Shown here one piece after another: positions 38,586 to 48,134 of a stretch of 64,000 bases of DNA. Numbering within the stretch: the first letter of the stretch is position 1; each line of letters starts with the position of its first letter. Under the pieces are notes generated by a model that was given only the letters and a program-made list of their open reading frames with translations, was not told the origin of the DNA and searched no databases. This DNA comes from Salinispira sp. GTDB lineage: Bacteria > Spirochaetota > Spirochaetia > DSM-27196 > Salinispiraceae. The stretch spans positions 544,001-608,000 of the forward strand of contig OZ271918.1 in assembly GCA_965602015.1 (NCBI GenBank), read 5' to 3'. A program made the position numbers and the translations under genes.

Positions 38586-40031
38586 ATGGCTGATAATTTC
38601 GCGCATAAAATACTGATCGTGGATGACGAATATCCGACTTCGCGGCTGTACTCTGTTATCCTCGGGGAAAACGGATTTCGCAACGTATTCACCTGCGAAG
38701 ACAGCCGGGAAGCCCTGGGAATAATCGAAAAAGAAGACATCGATTTAGTCCTCACGGATCTGATGATGCCTAACATGGACGGCAGGGAACTGCTCATGAA
38801 GATTTCCGAGCGTTTCCCCAATGTGCCGGTGATTATCCTGACGGCACAGGACAAGGTTGAAACCGCCGTCGAGTGCATGAAGGTGGGGGCCTTCGATTTT
38901 ATGACCAAGCCCGTCGACCCCAACAGGCTGTTGTCAGCGGTTCATCACGGCATAACCATCCGCGATCTCAAAGCGGAGGTCAGCATCCTCTCCAGCGAGC
39001 GCACCCAATGGGATCTTTCGCGGCCGGATGTCTTCGAGCCCATAATCACCCGCAGCGCCAAAATGAGGAAAATATTCGCCTACATGGAGGCAATCGTTCA
39101 CAGTCCCAAGGCAGTGCTCATAACCGGCGAAAGCGGCACCGGAAAAGAGTTGATAGCAAAGGCAATTCACGATTTGCGGGGCGGAAAGGGCGACTTCGTG
39201 GCGGTGAATGTTTCGGGCCTTGATGACGCGGTCTTCAGCGATTCCCTGTTCGGACACCGGAAGGGAAGCTTTACCGGTGCCGACGAACCACGCAAGGGAC
39301 TCATTGAGCAGGCGAACCGGGGCACCCTCTTTCTCGATGAGATCGGGGACCTTCAGGCCCAGAGTCAGGTCAAGCTGCTTCGCCTTCTCCAGGAGGGGGA
39401 GTATTACCCCCTGGGAGCCGATAAACCCGAGACCTCCGATGCCCGAATTGTGGCGGCAACTAACGCCGACTTGCACCAGAAGCAGGAAGACGGAAGCTTC
39501 AGACGGGATTTGTACTATCGTCTTATCGCTCACCACATTGAGTTGCCGCCGCTGAGAGAACGACCGGAGGACATACCCCTCCTCATCGACTACTTCCTCA
39601 AGGAAGCGCTGGTTTCCCTGGGAAGGCCGTCCAGCGATTGCCCGGAGGAGCTTCCCGAACTGCTCAAGGGCTATTATTTTCCCGGCAATGTGCGGGAGCT
39701 CCAGGGCCTGATGTACGATCTTGTCACCGCGAGTCCGGGCAGCCGGCTTGACAGCTCAATCATCAGGGAATACGTCTTTTCCCATCAGGAAGCCCAAAAT
39801 GATAGCGAATCGCCGAGCATTGAGTCCCTCCAGCAGCGTTATCTCGAGGGACCTGCGGGGATTCTTGTTCCCAGGGACCGGCTTCCCCCCATGAAAGACC
39901 TGGAACATTTCCTCTACGAGGCTGCCCTGGAACGAACCAACGGGAACCAAAGCAGGGCCGCCAGGCTCCTGGACATCAGTCAGTCCACCCTGAGCCGCTG
40001 GAAGCAGCAGATCGCGGGAAAAGGCAGTTAA
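38586..40031 (+). CDS. sigma54-dependent response regulator (NtrC family)
   Basis: Receiver (IVDD, TDLMMP, KP), GESGTGKE, GSFTGA, FLDEIGD, PGNVREL and a Fis-type HTH. Confidence 0.94.
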   Translation: MADNFAHKILIVDDEYPTSRLYSVILGENGFRNVFTCEDSREALGIIEKEDIDLVLTDLMMPNMDGRELLMKISERFPNVPVIILTAQDKVETAVECMKVGAFDFMTKPVDPNRLLSAVHHGITIRDLKAEVSILSSERTQWDLSRPDVFEPIITRSAKMRKIFAYMEAIVHSPKAVLITGESGTGKELIAKAIHDLRGGKGDFVAVNVSGLDDAVFSDSLFGHRKGSFTGADEPRKGLIEQANRGTLFLDEIGDLQAQSQVKLLRLLQEGEYYPLGADKPETSDARIVAATNADLHQKQEDGSFRRDLYYRLIAHHIELPPLRERPEDIPLLIDYFLKEALVSLGRPSSDCPEELPELLKGYYFPGNVRELQGLMYDLVTASPGSRLDSSIIREYVFSHQEAQNDSESPSIESLQQRYLEGPAGILVPRDRLPPMKDLEHFLYEAALERTNGNQSRAARLLDISQSTLSRWKQQIAGKGS

Positions 40032-40155
40032 TACCTGTATTTTGGCCCGCTTACGGGTATAATTCTCGAGGAGACAGAGAGAAATTCGAGAAAATGTGAC
40101 TGGAAAAAATCCGGTTTATTGTTTACATTTAAAAGATAGAGATGCAGGAGTTAAG

Positions 40156-40593
40156 ATGAGAAGCAAAGGTGATTTCCCCAGTATTAATGAAAAGGACCCC
40201 GAAGGAATAAAGCCCGAGGGCACGCCCTACAAGGTCCTTATTGTTGACGATTCAATGTTCATCGCAAAGCAGCTCAATCAGATTCTTACCTCCGCCGGGT
40301 TCGAAGTTGTGGCCACCGCTGCGGACGGGGAAGAGGGCCTTGAGAAATACAAGGAACTGCATCCCGGAATTGATCTTGTCACCATGGATATCACCATGCC
40401 CAAAATGGACGGGGTTACGGCCCTTGAAAAGATCATGGAATTCGATAAGGACGCCACTGTTGTGATGATTTCCGCCCTGGGTAAGAACGATCTTGTCAAG
40501 GACAGCCTCATGAAGGGGGCAAAGAATTACATCGTCAAGCCGCTAGACAGGGCCAAGGTCCTTGAGCGCATCGTCAATAGTCTCAATCAGTAA
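40156..40593 (+). CDS. cheY: Single-domain response regulator, spirochaete CheY-like
   Basis: N-terminal extension DFPSINEK; VDDS, TMDITMPKMDG and YIVKP. Confidence 0.8.
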   Translation: MRSKGDFPSINEKDPEGIKPEGTPYKVLIVDDSMFIAKQLNQILTSAGFEVVATAADGEEGLEKYKELHPGIDLVTMDITMPKMDGVTALEKIMEFDKDATVVMISALGKNDLVKDSLMKGAKNYIVKPLDRAKVLERIVNSLNQ

Positions 40594-40605
40594 CAGTCCG
40601 GACAT

Positions 40606-41535
40606 GTGAATATCCCCTCCCTCATTATCCGACGGTTTACCCGCCTGGTCTTTACGGTACTGATTGCCAGTACCGCTGTGTTTTTTCTGTTAAGAGTCAT
40701 CCCGGGTGATCCCGCAAGGATTATCGCCGGCATGGATGCGGGTTCTAATCCCGAAGTGTTGGAGCAAATCCGAAGCCAGCTCGGTCTGGACCGCAGCATA
40801 ACCGCCCAATATGCCGACTGGCTGTGGTCCACCATTACCCTGAATTTTGGCAACTCGTTCCGCAACGGCCGTCCGGTGATGCAGCTTTTGCGCCAACGCT
40901 TGGGCGTAACATTGCTGCTCGCGCTGTTTGGCATGATTATCTCGTTGCTCATTGCCGTCCCCGTTGGCGTCATGGCCGCCGTAAAAAAGGACGGGCCCGC
41001 CGATCGCGTTCTGATGGGCTCCTCCCATGTCCTATTGGCGGTGCCGGAGTTCTGGCTCGGAATTATCCTTCTACTCCTTTTCTCCGTATATATCCCGCTT
41101 TTTCCCCTGTTCGGATCGGGTAGCCTGATGCATTTAATTCTGCCGTCCTTGGCCCTCGGCCTGGGTCGGGCAGCATTTTTGAGCAGGCTCGTTCGAACCT
41201 CGGTTATTCGAGAGCTTAAGCAGGATTATCTGCTCTTTCTGCGCCATTTGGGGGTTCCGCGCGGCAGAATTATTCTCAGGCATGTGCTGCCCAACGCCAT
41301 GATCCCCATTGTGATTCCCGCAGCCATACAGTTTGGCTACCTCCTCGGCGGAGCCATCATCATTGAGCAGGTGTTCGGAATGGGGGGCACCGGAAGGCTG
41401 CTGCTGCAGGCAATTCAAAGCCGGGATTTCCCCCTGATACAGGGAGGCGTCATCGTCCTTGCGATTATCTTTTCAACGGTTAATTTTGCCGCTGACATTC
41501 TCACCGCCGTCGCCGATCCACGGAGCCGTATATGA
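40606..41535 (+). CDS. Peptide/nickel ABC permease (DppB-like)
   Basis: PGDPA, LGLDR, HVLPNA, IEQVF and RDFPLIQG. Confidence 0.9.
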   Translation: MNIPSLIIRRFTRLVFTVLIASTAVFFLLRVIPGDPARIIAGMDAGSNPEVLEQIRSQLGLDRSITAQYADWLWSTITLNFGNSFRNGRPVMQLLRQRLGVTLLLALFGMIISLLIAVPVGVMAAVKKDGPADRVLMGSSHVLLAVPEFWLGIILLLLFSVYIPLFPLFGSGSLMHLILPSLALGLGRAAFLSRLVRTSVIRELKQDYLLFLRHLGVPRGRIILRHVLPNAMIPIVIPAAIQFGYLLGGAIIIEQVFGMGGTGRLLLQAIQSRDFPLIQGGVIVLAIIFSTVNFAADILTAVADPRSRI

Positions 41536-42521
41536 ACGAAAATTGTATAGCGGTGAAGAACCTCAACCTGGAGGCTTCCGGGGTTACGATCCTGCGGGAA
41601 ATCAGTTTCTCCATATACCCGGGGGAGGTGCTCGCTCTGGTTGGTGAAAGCGGTGCCGGAAAAACCCTGCTCATGCGCGGCATCGCCGGAATATTGCCGG
41701 AGGGGAGTGATTTCTCCCTCTCAGGCAGCATACAGATAGCCGGAGGAAGCATCGATGTAAACGATTGCGATGATTCGCCGCTGCGTATGGCGATGATTTT
41801 TCAGGACCCGGGCAAATTCCTTAACCCGGGAATTCGCGTCGAAACACTGCTTCAGGAAATAATCCGCTATTCACCGGATGGGGGCTCCCGGCTGCGAACT
41901 TCCCCTGCCGGGGGAGACCGGCGCGGCGACGATGTCATTTCCTCATTGCTGCAGCAGGTTCAGCTCCCGGACAGCAGGCGGCTTCGCCGGAGCTTCCCCC
42001 ACGAACTATCCGGGGGTATGAAACAGCGGCTTGTAATAGCCGCCGTCCTCGCCTCGGACCCCCAGCTTATTATTGCCGATGAGGCCCTTACCGCCCTGGA
42101 TTTTCACACCGGAAGGGAAATTCTCTCTCTCTTTCGGCGGATAATCGGGGGAACCCGGCGTTCGCTGGTGTACATATCCCACGACCTCAAGTCAGTCGAA
42201 TCCCTGGCGGACCGGGTCGCGGTGATGTACGCCGGCAGAATTGTGGAGGAACGGGAAGCCGCTTCGTTTTTTTCTGCGGCTCGTCACCCCTATTCCCGTG
42301 ACCTGATGCTCAGCCATCCCTCGTTGAGGGACAGGGGAGGCCGCCTGCCGGAGATTCCCGGCGATATCCCCTCTGCGGGCCGGGATTTTCCCGGGTGCCC
42401 CTATGCGCCGCGTTGCGCGGCAGCGAATGCCGACTGTACGCAGGGTTTTCCGCCGGCAGTTACGGATACATCGGGGACCGTTTTTTGCCGGCATCCGCTG
42501 ACGCTTCCGGAGGGCCCATGA
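41532..42521 (+). CDS. Peptide ABC ATPase (DppD-like)
   Basis: GESGAGKT, PHELSGGMKQR and a C-terminal Cys cluster. Confidence 0.9.
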   Translation: MNENCIAVKNLNLEASGVTILREISFSIYPGEVLALVGESGAGKTLLMRGIAGILPEGSDFSLSGSIQIAGGSIDVNDCDDSPLRMAMIFQDPGKFLNPGIRVETLLQEIIRYSPDGGSRLRTSPAGGDRRGDDVISSLLQQVQLPDSRRLRRSFPHELSGGMKQRLVIAAVLASDPQLIIADEALTALDFHTGREILSLFRRIIGGTRRSLVYISHDLKSVESLADRVAVMYAGRIVEEREAASFFSAARHPYSRDLMLSHPSLRDRGGRLPEIPGDIPSAGRDFPGCPYAPRCAAANADCTQGFPPAVTDTSGTVFCRHPLTLPEGP

Positions 42522-43357
42522 ATCCCACGCTGCTTGAAATCCGGGAGATAAGCCTCGCATACGAAAGCGGTGGATTCGGCGGCCTGGGGACCGAAGTACA
42601 CCAGGTCTTAGACCGAATTTCACTGACGGTACAGCGGGGGGAAGTCCTGTCGCTCTTGGGTGAGTCGGGCTCTGGGAAAACTACACTGGCCCGAATAATT
42701 AGCGGTTTGGTGAAGCCCGGCGAAGGCGATGTGCTGTTCGAGGGCAAGCTGCTGGCGAGCGCAGACGTAAAGCCCGAGATCGCTCCCGGCAGGCGCCGGT
42801 CTCTTGTTCAGCTCATACCCCAGGCGACGGAAAACAGCCTGGCACCGAATTTCACTCTGGAGCGTCTGCTCTCTGATGTACTCCGCCGGATTTCGTCTGA
42901 TGATGTACAGAGCAGAATCGGCCAGCTAATAGACATGTGCGGGCTTGACGCGAGTCTGCTGGACCGCAGGCCTGGCCAATTATCCGGCGGTCAGCGGCAG
43001 AGGGTTCTCATCGCCCGGGCTATGGCGATGAATCCCCGTCTGCTAATACTCGATGAGCCGGTGGCAAGCCTGGATGTCTCAATTCAGGCCCGCATATTAA
43101 ACACTCTCCGGGACCTTCGAAGCGCCCGGGACTTGACGATGATATTCATTACCCACGATCTTGACATTGCAGAATATATAGGCGACCGTATGGCGATAAT
43201 CAGGCAGGGCACCATTCTCGAAAGCGGAACGGTTTCCCGGCTAACATCCCAGCCCCGGCATCAATACACAAAAGACCTGCTCAAGGCGGGCCTTGCAAAA
43301 AGCCTCTGGCTTCAATCAGCGGCGGATACCCGATGGCCGGGACTGTCAGGAGATTAA
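42518..43357 (+). CDS. Peptide ABC ATPase (DppF-like)
   Basis: GESGSGKTT, LSGGQRQR and LDEPVASLD; ATGA overlap with the upstream gene. Confidence 0.9.
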   Translation: MNPTLLEIREISLAYESGGFGGLGTEVHQVLDRISLTVQRGEVLSLLGESGSGKTTLARIISGLVKPGEGDVLFEGKLLASADVKPEIAPGRRRSLVQLIPQATENSLAPNFTLERLLSDVLRRISSDDVQSRIGQLIDMCGLDASLLDRRPGQLSGGQRQRVLIARAMAMNPRLLILDEPVASLDVSIQARILNTLRDLRSARDLTMIFITHDLDIAEYIGDRMAIIRQGTILESGTVSRLTSQPRHQYTKDLLKAGLAKSLWLQSAADTRWPGLSGD

Positions 43358-43360
43358 ACT

Positions 43361-44899
43361 ATGAAAACGTATACAATACCGAGAACTGCATGGCTGCGAG
43401 GCGCGGCCTTCGCTGTTGTGGCTGTTCTGATAATCATGGTCGGCGCCTGCTCTTCCGCCTCGGAAGAGCAGGGATTCACGGTGCGCCTTGCCTTGTCCGG
43501 CAATCCGTCCACCCTCGACCCCCATGCCACTACCGAAACCCTGAGCTTTCAGGTCACCAAAAGCCTGTACGACACCCTCCTCGAACCCGATGAAGACGGA
43601 ATCCTGAGGCCCGCCCTTGCTGAAAGCTGGACAATCGGCGATGACAACCGCTCGATCACTTTTTTTCTCCGCAGGGATGTGCAGTTTCATGACGGCACCA
43701 GCATGACCTCCCGGGATGTTGAGTCCAGTTTTGCCCGCATTCTTTCCGAGGATTATGCCTCCCCCAACGCCGGCGAGTTCAGCGTCGTTTCCGACATAGA
43801 GTTGCTTGACGATTTCACCGTGAGATTCCTTCTAAGTGAACCAAGCGCTCCGCTGTTGTACAGTCTGGCAAGCGGATGGGCTGCAATCCTCCCGGCGGCA
43901 GCCATTGAGAGCGGACATGATTTCGCAACTGAGCCCCTTGGTACCGGACCCTACCGGATGCTCGAATGGCGGGCCGATGAGTTTATCGACCTGGAGCGAT
44001 ATGAAGCCTATTGGGGCAGCGCGGGTCCCGATGCCGTGAGCTTCAGAATCATTCCCGAGCCGTCTGTTCAGGTACAGGCCCTGCTGTCGGACCAGGTGGA
44101 TATACTCTACATTGTCAACGAAGAGGATGTGCCTATTCTCCAGGCTCGGGGTGATGTTACCCTCGAGACCCTGGACAGCGCGCTGGTTCTCGTAATGGCT
44201 ATCAATACCAGCAGGGATGTTTTGGGCGACCTGAGAATGAGACAGGCCCTGTCCCACGCTATCGACAAGCAAACCGCCCTCGAGGTGGCCTACGGCGGGG
44301 GCACGGTGATCGGCACCTTCAACGATGTTACCAGCGGCTTTTATGAGGATTTTAGCGACCTTTACGACTACGATCCGGCTGAAGCCCGCCGACTTGCCGC
44401 GGAGGCAGGGTACGGCGATGACCGGGTTTTCGATCTGGTGTTGCCTCAAAACTTCGCGCCCCATGTCACCGCCGGTGAGCTGTACCAGGAAATGCTGCGG
44501 GAATCGGGTATTTCGAGCCAAATCCGGCTCGTCGACTGGTCAACCTGGATTTCCGACGTGTACGGCAACGCGAATTACGATCTAACGGTAATCGGTCACA
44601 CAGGCAAGCTGGATCCCGACGGACGCTTCATCGGATACGGCTCCGGCAACATGTATGTGCGTTGGGAAAACTCCGAACTCGATGAACTGATTAACCGAGG
44701 CCGTCGAACCATCTCCATACCCGAGCGCCGGGATATCTACCGGGATGTTCAGAGAATTTTTGCGGAAAACGTCCCCTTCGTTTTTGTGGGTTCACCCCAG
44801 CGCCGCATCGCGTTCCGCAGCTCAATTGACGGATTTGTGATGACCCCAAACCTGGACACCTTCGATTTCCGCATGGTGACCAGAGATGAAGTCCAGTAA
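43361..44899 (+). CDS. Peptide ABC substrate-binding lipoprotein (family 5)
   Basis: Lipobox VGAC, TLDP, LAESW, FHDG and GTGPY. Confidence 0.92.
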   Translation: MKTYTIPRTAWLRGAAFAVVAVLIIMVGACSSASEEQGFTVRLALSGNPSTLDPHATTETLSFQVTKSLYDTLLEPDEDGILRPALAESWTIGDDNRSITFFLRRDVQFHDGTSMTSRDVESSFARILSEDYASPNAGEFSVVSDIELLDDFTVRFLLSEPSAPLLYSLASGWAAILPAAAIESGHDFATEPLGTGPYRMLEWRADEFIDLERYEAYWGSAGPDAVSFRIIPEPSVQVQALLSDQVDILYIVNEEDVPILQARGDVTLETLDSALVLVMAINTSRDVLGDLRMRQALSHAIDKQTALEVAYGGGTVIGTFNDVTSGFYEDFSDLYDYDPAEARRLAAEAGYGDDRVFDLVLPQNFAPHVTAGELYQEMLRESGISSQIRLVDWSTWISDVYGNANYDLTVIGHTGKLDPDGRFIGYGSGNMYVRWENSELDELINRGRRTISIPERRDIYRDVQRIFAENVPFVFVGSPQRRIAFRSSIDGFVMTPNLDTFDFRMVTRDEVQ

Positions 44900-45695
44900 A
44901 AAACGGACCGCCGCCCTGTTCTCCGCCGGATTTCTCATGATTCTTGCGGCGGCAGCGGCATTCCCGTCTCTTCTCTCGCCCTACGATCCGTCAGATCAGG
45001 ATCTCCAGAACCGATTCGCCCAGCCCCTCAGCGAGGGGCATCTCCTGGGAACTGACAGTCTGGGGAGGGATGTGCTCTCACGGCTGATATTCGGAGGGCG
45101 CTCCGCCCTGGTGGTCGGCGGGGTCAGTTGCGCGGTGGCCCTGATTCTCGGCGCAATGGTTGCGATTCCAGCCGCCTACGGCCCGCGCTGGCTGGAAAAC
45201 GGCCTCATGCTGCTTATGGACGGGGTCTTGGCCATGCCGGCCATACTCCTGGCGGTCGCCATTGTAGCGGTGTTCGGTTACGGTCTTGTGCAGGTGATGC
45301 TTGCCATGGGGATCATCTTTTCGCCATTGATTGCCAGGCTGCTCAAGGCAGAGCTACAGAAAGCCAGGCGACAGGATTTCGTGGATGCGGAAATACAGCT
45401 GGGCCGGCCGCGGCTTTCGGTTTTTTGGTATATAATCCTGCCCCAGGTCATCGGGCCGCTGATGGTTCAGCTCACCAGCCTTTTCGCCGCGTCAATTACC
45501 ATTGAGGCCAGCCTGAGTTTTTTGGGTATAGGAATCCAGCCGCCCCGCTCGAGTTGGGGAATTATGCTGAACAACGCCCGGGATTTCCTGATTTCAGCGC
45601 CCTGGCTGGCCTTCCCGCCGGGCATTGCCCTCGCTCTCACGGTGTATTCCCTGAACATGCTAGGGGACCGGCTCAGCGAGGAACTTCAGCGCTAA
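44886..45695 (+). CDS. Peptide ABC permease (DppC-like)
   Basis: LLGTDSLGRDVLSR, EASLSFLG and SWGIML. Confidence 0.9.
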   Translation: MKSSKKRTAALFSAGFLMILAAAAAFPSLLSPYDPSDQDLQNRFAQPLSEGHLLGTDSLGRDVLSRLIFGGRSALVVGGVSCAVALILGAMVAIPAAYGPRWLENGLMLLMDGVLAMPAILLAVAIVAVFGYGLVQVMLAMGIIFSPLIARLLKAELQKARRQDFVDAEIQLGRPRLSVFWYIILPQVIGPLMVQLTSLFAASITIEASLSFLGIGIQPPRSSWGIMLNNARDFLISAPWLAFPPGIALALTVYSLNMLGDRLSEELQR

Positions 45696-46788
45696 AACGC
45701 TCATGCCATGTCAGCCAATGAGCGGGATATTCGCCCGATGCAACGATTTCCAGTATTTCACGCAGGGGCAGAGCGTCGCAATGAGTGAGGGCGCATGGAA
45801 GATCGGCATCCTCCCCCGGCACATTATTCCTCAACCCGTGATCTCCCAACTCGCTGGGAAGGCCCGGGTAATTCTCCGGAGGATCGCCTCCCTTGAGGAT
45901 TTCCGTAAGGGGCATGCAGACTGCCACCGCCTGCTTAAGGGCCAGATCATATAAATCGTACAGCGAATCGGAGTAGTTAAGACCCTCATCGCAGGGATCG
46001 CACCACTGTTTTCCACCTATGTTAGTAAAATCCACGTCGGGGGGCAGCATCGGCGGGTGCAGCAGGGCAGCCCAGCGTATGGGAATTTGGGGGGAACGGG
46101 GCTGTTCGCAGTAATGGTAGAATCCACGGCTGTCCAGATAGGCGTTTTCAATCCGGCTCTTTAGTTTTCCGTCACCGGCCATTCTCTGGTAACTGCGGCT
46201 CAATGAGAAAATCAGCATATCACGGATGCCCTCGGGAATGACCTCGCCGGCATCAAAGGAATCCCCAAAGGAAAGAAAGTGTAGCGGCTGGGGAGGATAG
46301 TCCTCTGCGGGCGTGCTATCTGCCCCGCGGCTACTTCGGTCAAGACCGCTTCCCCGATATGACCACAGTGCGAGATCTAGTATTCTCTCCAAAAAGGGGT
46401 GGGCGTAACGATATTTTTCGCTTTCCTCGTTCTTTGCATCCACCCATCCGCTGCGGTAGTTGATAAACGGATGGAGGATGCGGTCGAGGATTCCGTGGCT
46501 GATAAAGGCTATAAGGTAGTGGGCCTCAGGGCTCGAAACTCCGCGGTTTTCCGTGAGGCAGAACTCGAGCATTCTGGCGGCCACCGATGCGTAACCCTTG
46601 CGATGGAGCACCGACCCTATGAGCAAGCCCGAAGGCATGCGCCGTTGATTGTGGTAGAAGATGTCCGGCCCTTGGGCTCCCAGGTGCAAGGCGGCATCAG
46701 CGTCGCTCCCGAAATCCCGGCCGAAGGATATTTCCAGCTCAGAAAAAAGGTCGCGGACAAATATGCTGTGACTGATCTGCGATGGCAT
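45673..46788 (-). CDS. Zinc-dependent phospholipase C/P1 nuclease-fold protein
   Basis: N-terminal MPSQISH, LGAQGPDIFY and SHGILDRILHPFI. Confidence 0.75.
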   Translation of the reverse strand: MPSQISHSIFVRDLFSELEISFGRDFGSDADAALHLGAQGPDIFYHNQRRMPSGLLIGSVLHRKGYASVAARMLEFCLTENRGVSSPEAHYLIAFISHGILDRILHPFINYRSGWVDAKNEESEKYRYAHPFLERILDLALWSYRGSGLDRSSRGADSTPAEDYPPQPLHFLSFGDSFDAGEVIPEGIRDMLIFSLSRSYQRMAGDGKLKSRIENAYLDSRGFYHYCEQPRSPQIPIRWAALLHPPMLPPDVDFTNIGGKQWCDPCDEGLNYSDSLYDLYDLALKQAVAVCMPLTEILKGGDPPENYPGLPSELGDHGLRNNVPGEDADLPCALTHCDALPLREILEIVASGEYPAHWLTWHERFSAEVPR

Positions 46789-46902
46789 TGTTCAAATGTA
46801 CCAACTCGCTGTACAAGATGGTAGTCCAATGCTACAATCCGGGTTCAAAATACACCCGACTTAAACTATACTCTAATCAAAGACCATCTGCGGAGGAACA
46901 TT

Positions 46903-48114
46903 TTGGACGCTCAGGCAATTCTGGTAATCAATTGTGGGAGTTCATCCCTGAAATATGAAGTCTACGACATGCCGGGCGGCGAAAGCCTTGGAAAGGGCAC
47001 GGTAGAACGAATCGGCATGGGAACCGGCATGATCACCCAGAAGAATCCGCAGGATGTGAAGTTCTATCTCGAACAGGAAATTCCCGACCATTCGGCAGCC
47101 ATGAGCCTGGTGCAAAAAGCATTGACCGACCCCGAGAAGGGGCTCATTGCCAACGCCGGCCAAATCCGCGGAGTCGGGCACCGGGTAGTTCACGGCGGTG
47201 AGTCCTACGCCGAGTCAGTGGTAATCGATCAAAAAGTTCTTACCGCCATTGAGGAAAATATCGAACTGGCGCCGCTTCACAACCCGGCGAACCTCATCGG
47301 CATTCAGGAAGCGATGAAGCTTTTTCCGTCGGTGAGTCAGGTCGCCGTCTTCGATACGGCCTTCCACCAGACCATCCAGCCATCGGCATATATGTACGGG
47401 CTGCCCCGGGAGTTATACGATAAATACAAGATCCGCCGATACGGCTTTCACGGAACGAGTCATCGCTACGTTAACCGGGTGGCGGTGGAGCAGGTCAAGC
47501 GGGCGGTGGAAAATACCAATGTGATCAGCTGCCATCTGGGCAACGGCGCGTCCATTACGGCTATCAGTCAGGGACGTTCGGTGGATACTTCCATGGGCTT
47601 CACTCCGCTGGAAGGCCTGGTGATGGGGACCCGCTCAGGAGATATTGATCCTGCGATAATATTTTATCTCCTCGACCGGGGCTATACTCCGGAGGAGGTC
47701 AACACGCTTCTCAATAAAAAGAGCGGTGTCTACGGTCTTTCGGGTATTTCCAATGATTTCCGCGATATTCAGGATGCGGTGGCCAAGGGCGACAAGAATG
47801 CCGAGGAGACCCTCGAAGTGTTCGCCCATCGGGTCCGCCGATACATCGGCGCATACATGGCTGAGTTGGTCAAAGTCGACCTTCTTGTCTTTACCGGCGG
47901 CGTCGGACAGTACGATATAGACGTCCGCGAGCGGATTTGCCGGCGCCTTGAGAACCTGGGCATCATCATCGATATCGAGAAGAACCGCAAAAACGGACCG
48001 AGACTCGGCATCATTTCCGCAGATTACTCGCCGGTAACGATTCTGGTTGTGCCCACAAACGAGGAACTGCAGATCGCCACCGACGCGTATGATCTTATTT
48101 TTTCCCGGAACTAA
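46903..48114 (+). CDS. ackA: Acetate kinase
   Basis: INCGSSSLK, GHRVVHGG, APLHNP, DTAFHQT, HLGNGAS and PTNEE; TTG start after GGAGG. Confidence 0.97.
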   Translation: MDAQAILVINCGSSSLKYEVYDMPGGESLGKGTVERIGMGTGMITQKNPQDVKFYLEQEIPDHSAAMSLVQKALTDPEKGLIANAGQIRGVGHRVVHGGESYAESVVIDQKVLTAIEENIELAPLHNPANLIGIQEAMKLFPSVSQVAVFDTAFHQTIQPSAYMYGLPRELYDKYKIRRYGFHGTSHRYVNRVAVEQVKRAVENTNVISCHLGNGASITAISQGRSVDTSMGFTPLEGLVMGTRSGDIDPAIIFYLLDRGYTPEEVNTLLNKKSGVYGLSGISNDFRDIQDAVAKGDKNAEETLEVFAHRVRRYIGAYMAELVKVDLLVFTGGVGQYDIDVRERICRRLENLGIIIDIEKNRKNGPRLGIISADYSPVTILVVPTNEELQIATDAYDLIFSRN

Positions 48115-48134
48115 AGCAATCGGGTCCCGCTAAC

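Noticed and set aside
38586..40031. GSFTGA in place of GAFTGA as a sign of an inactive activator
   Set aside because: GSFTGA is a known natural variant in functional sigma54 activators.
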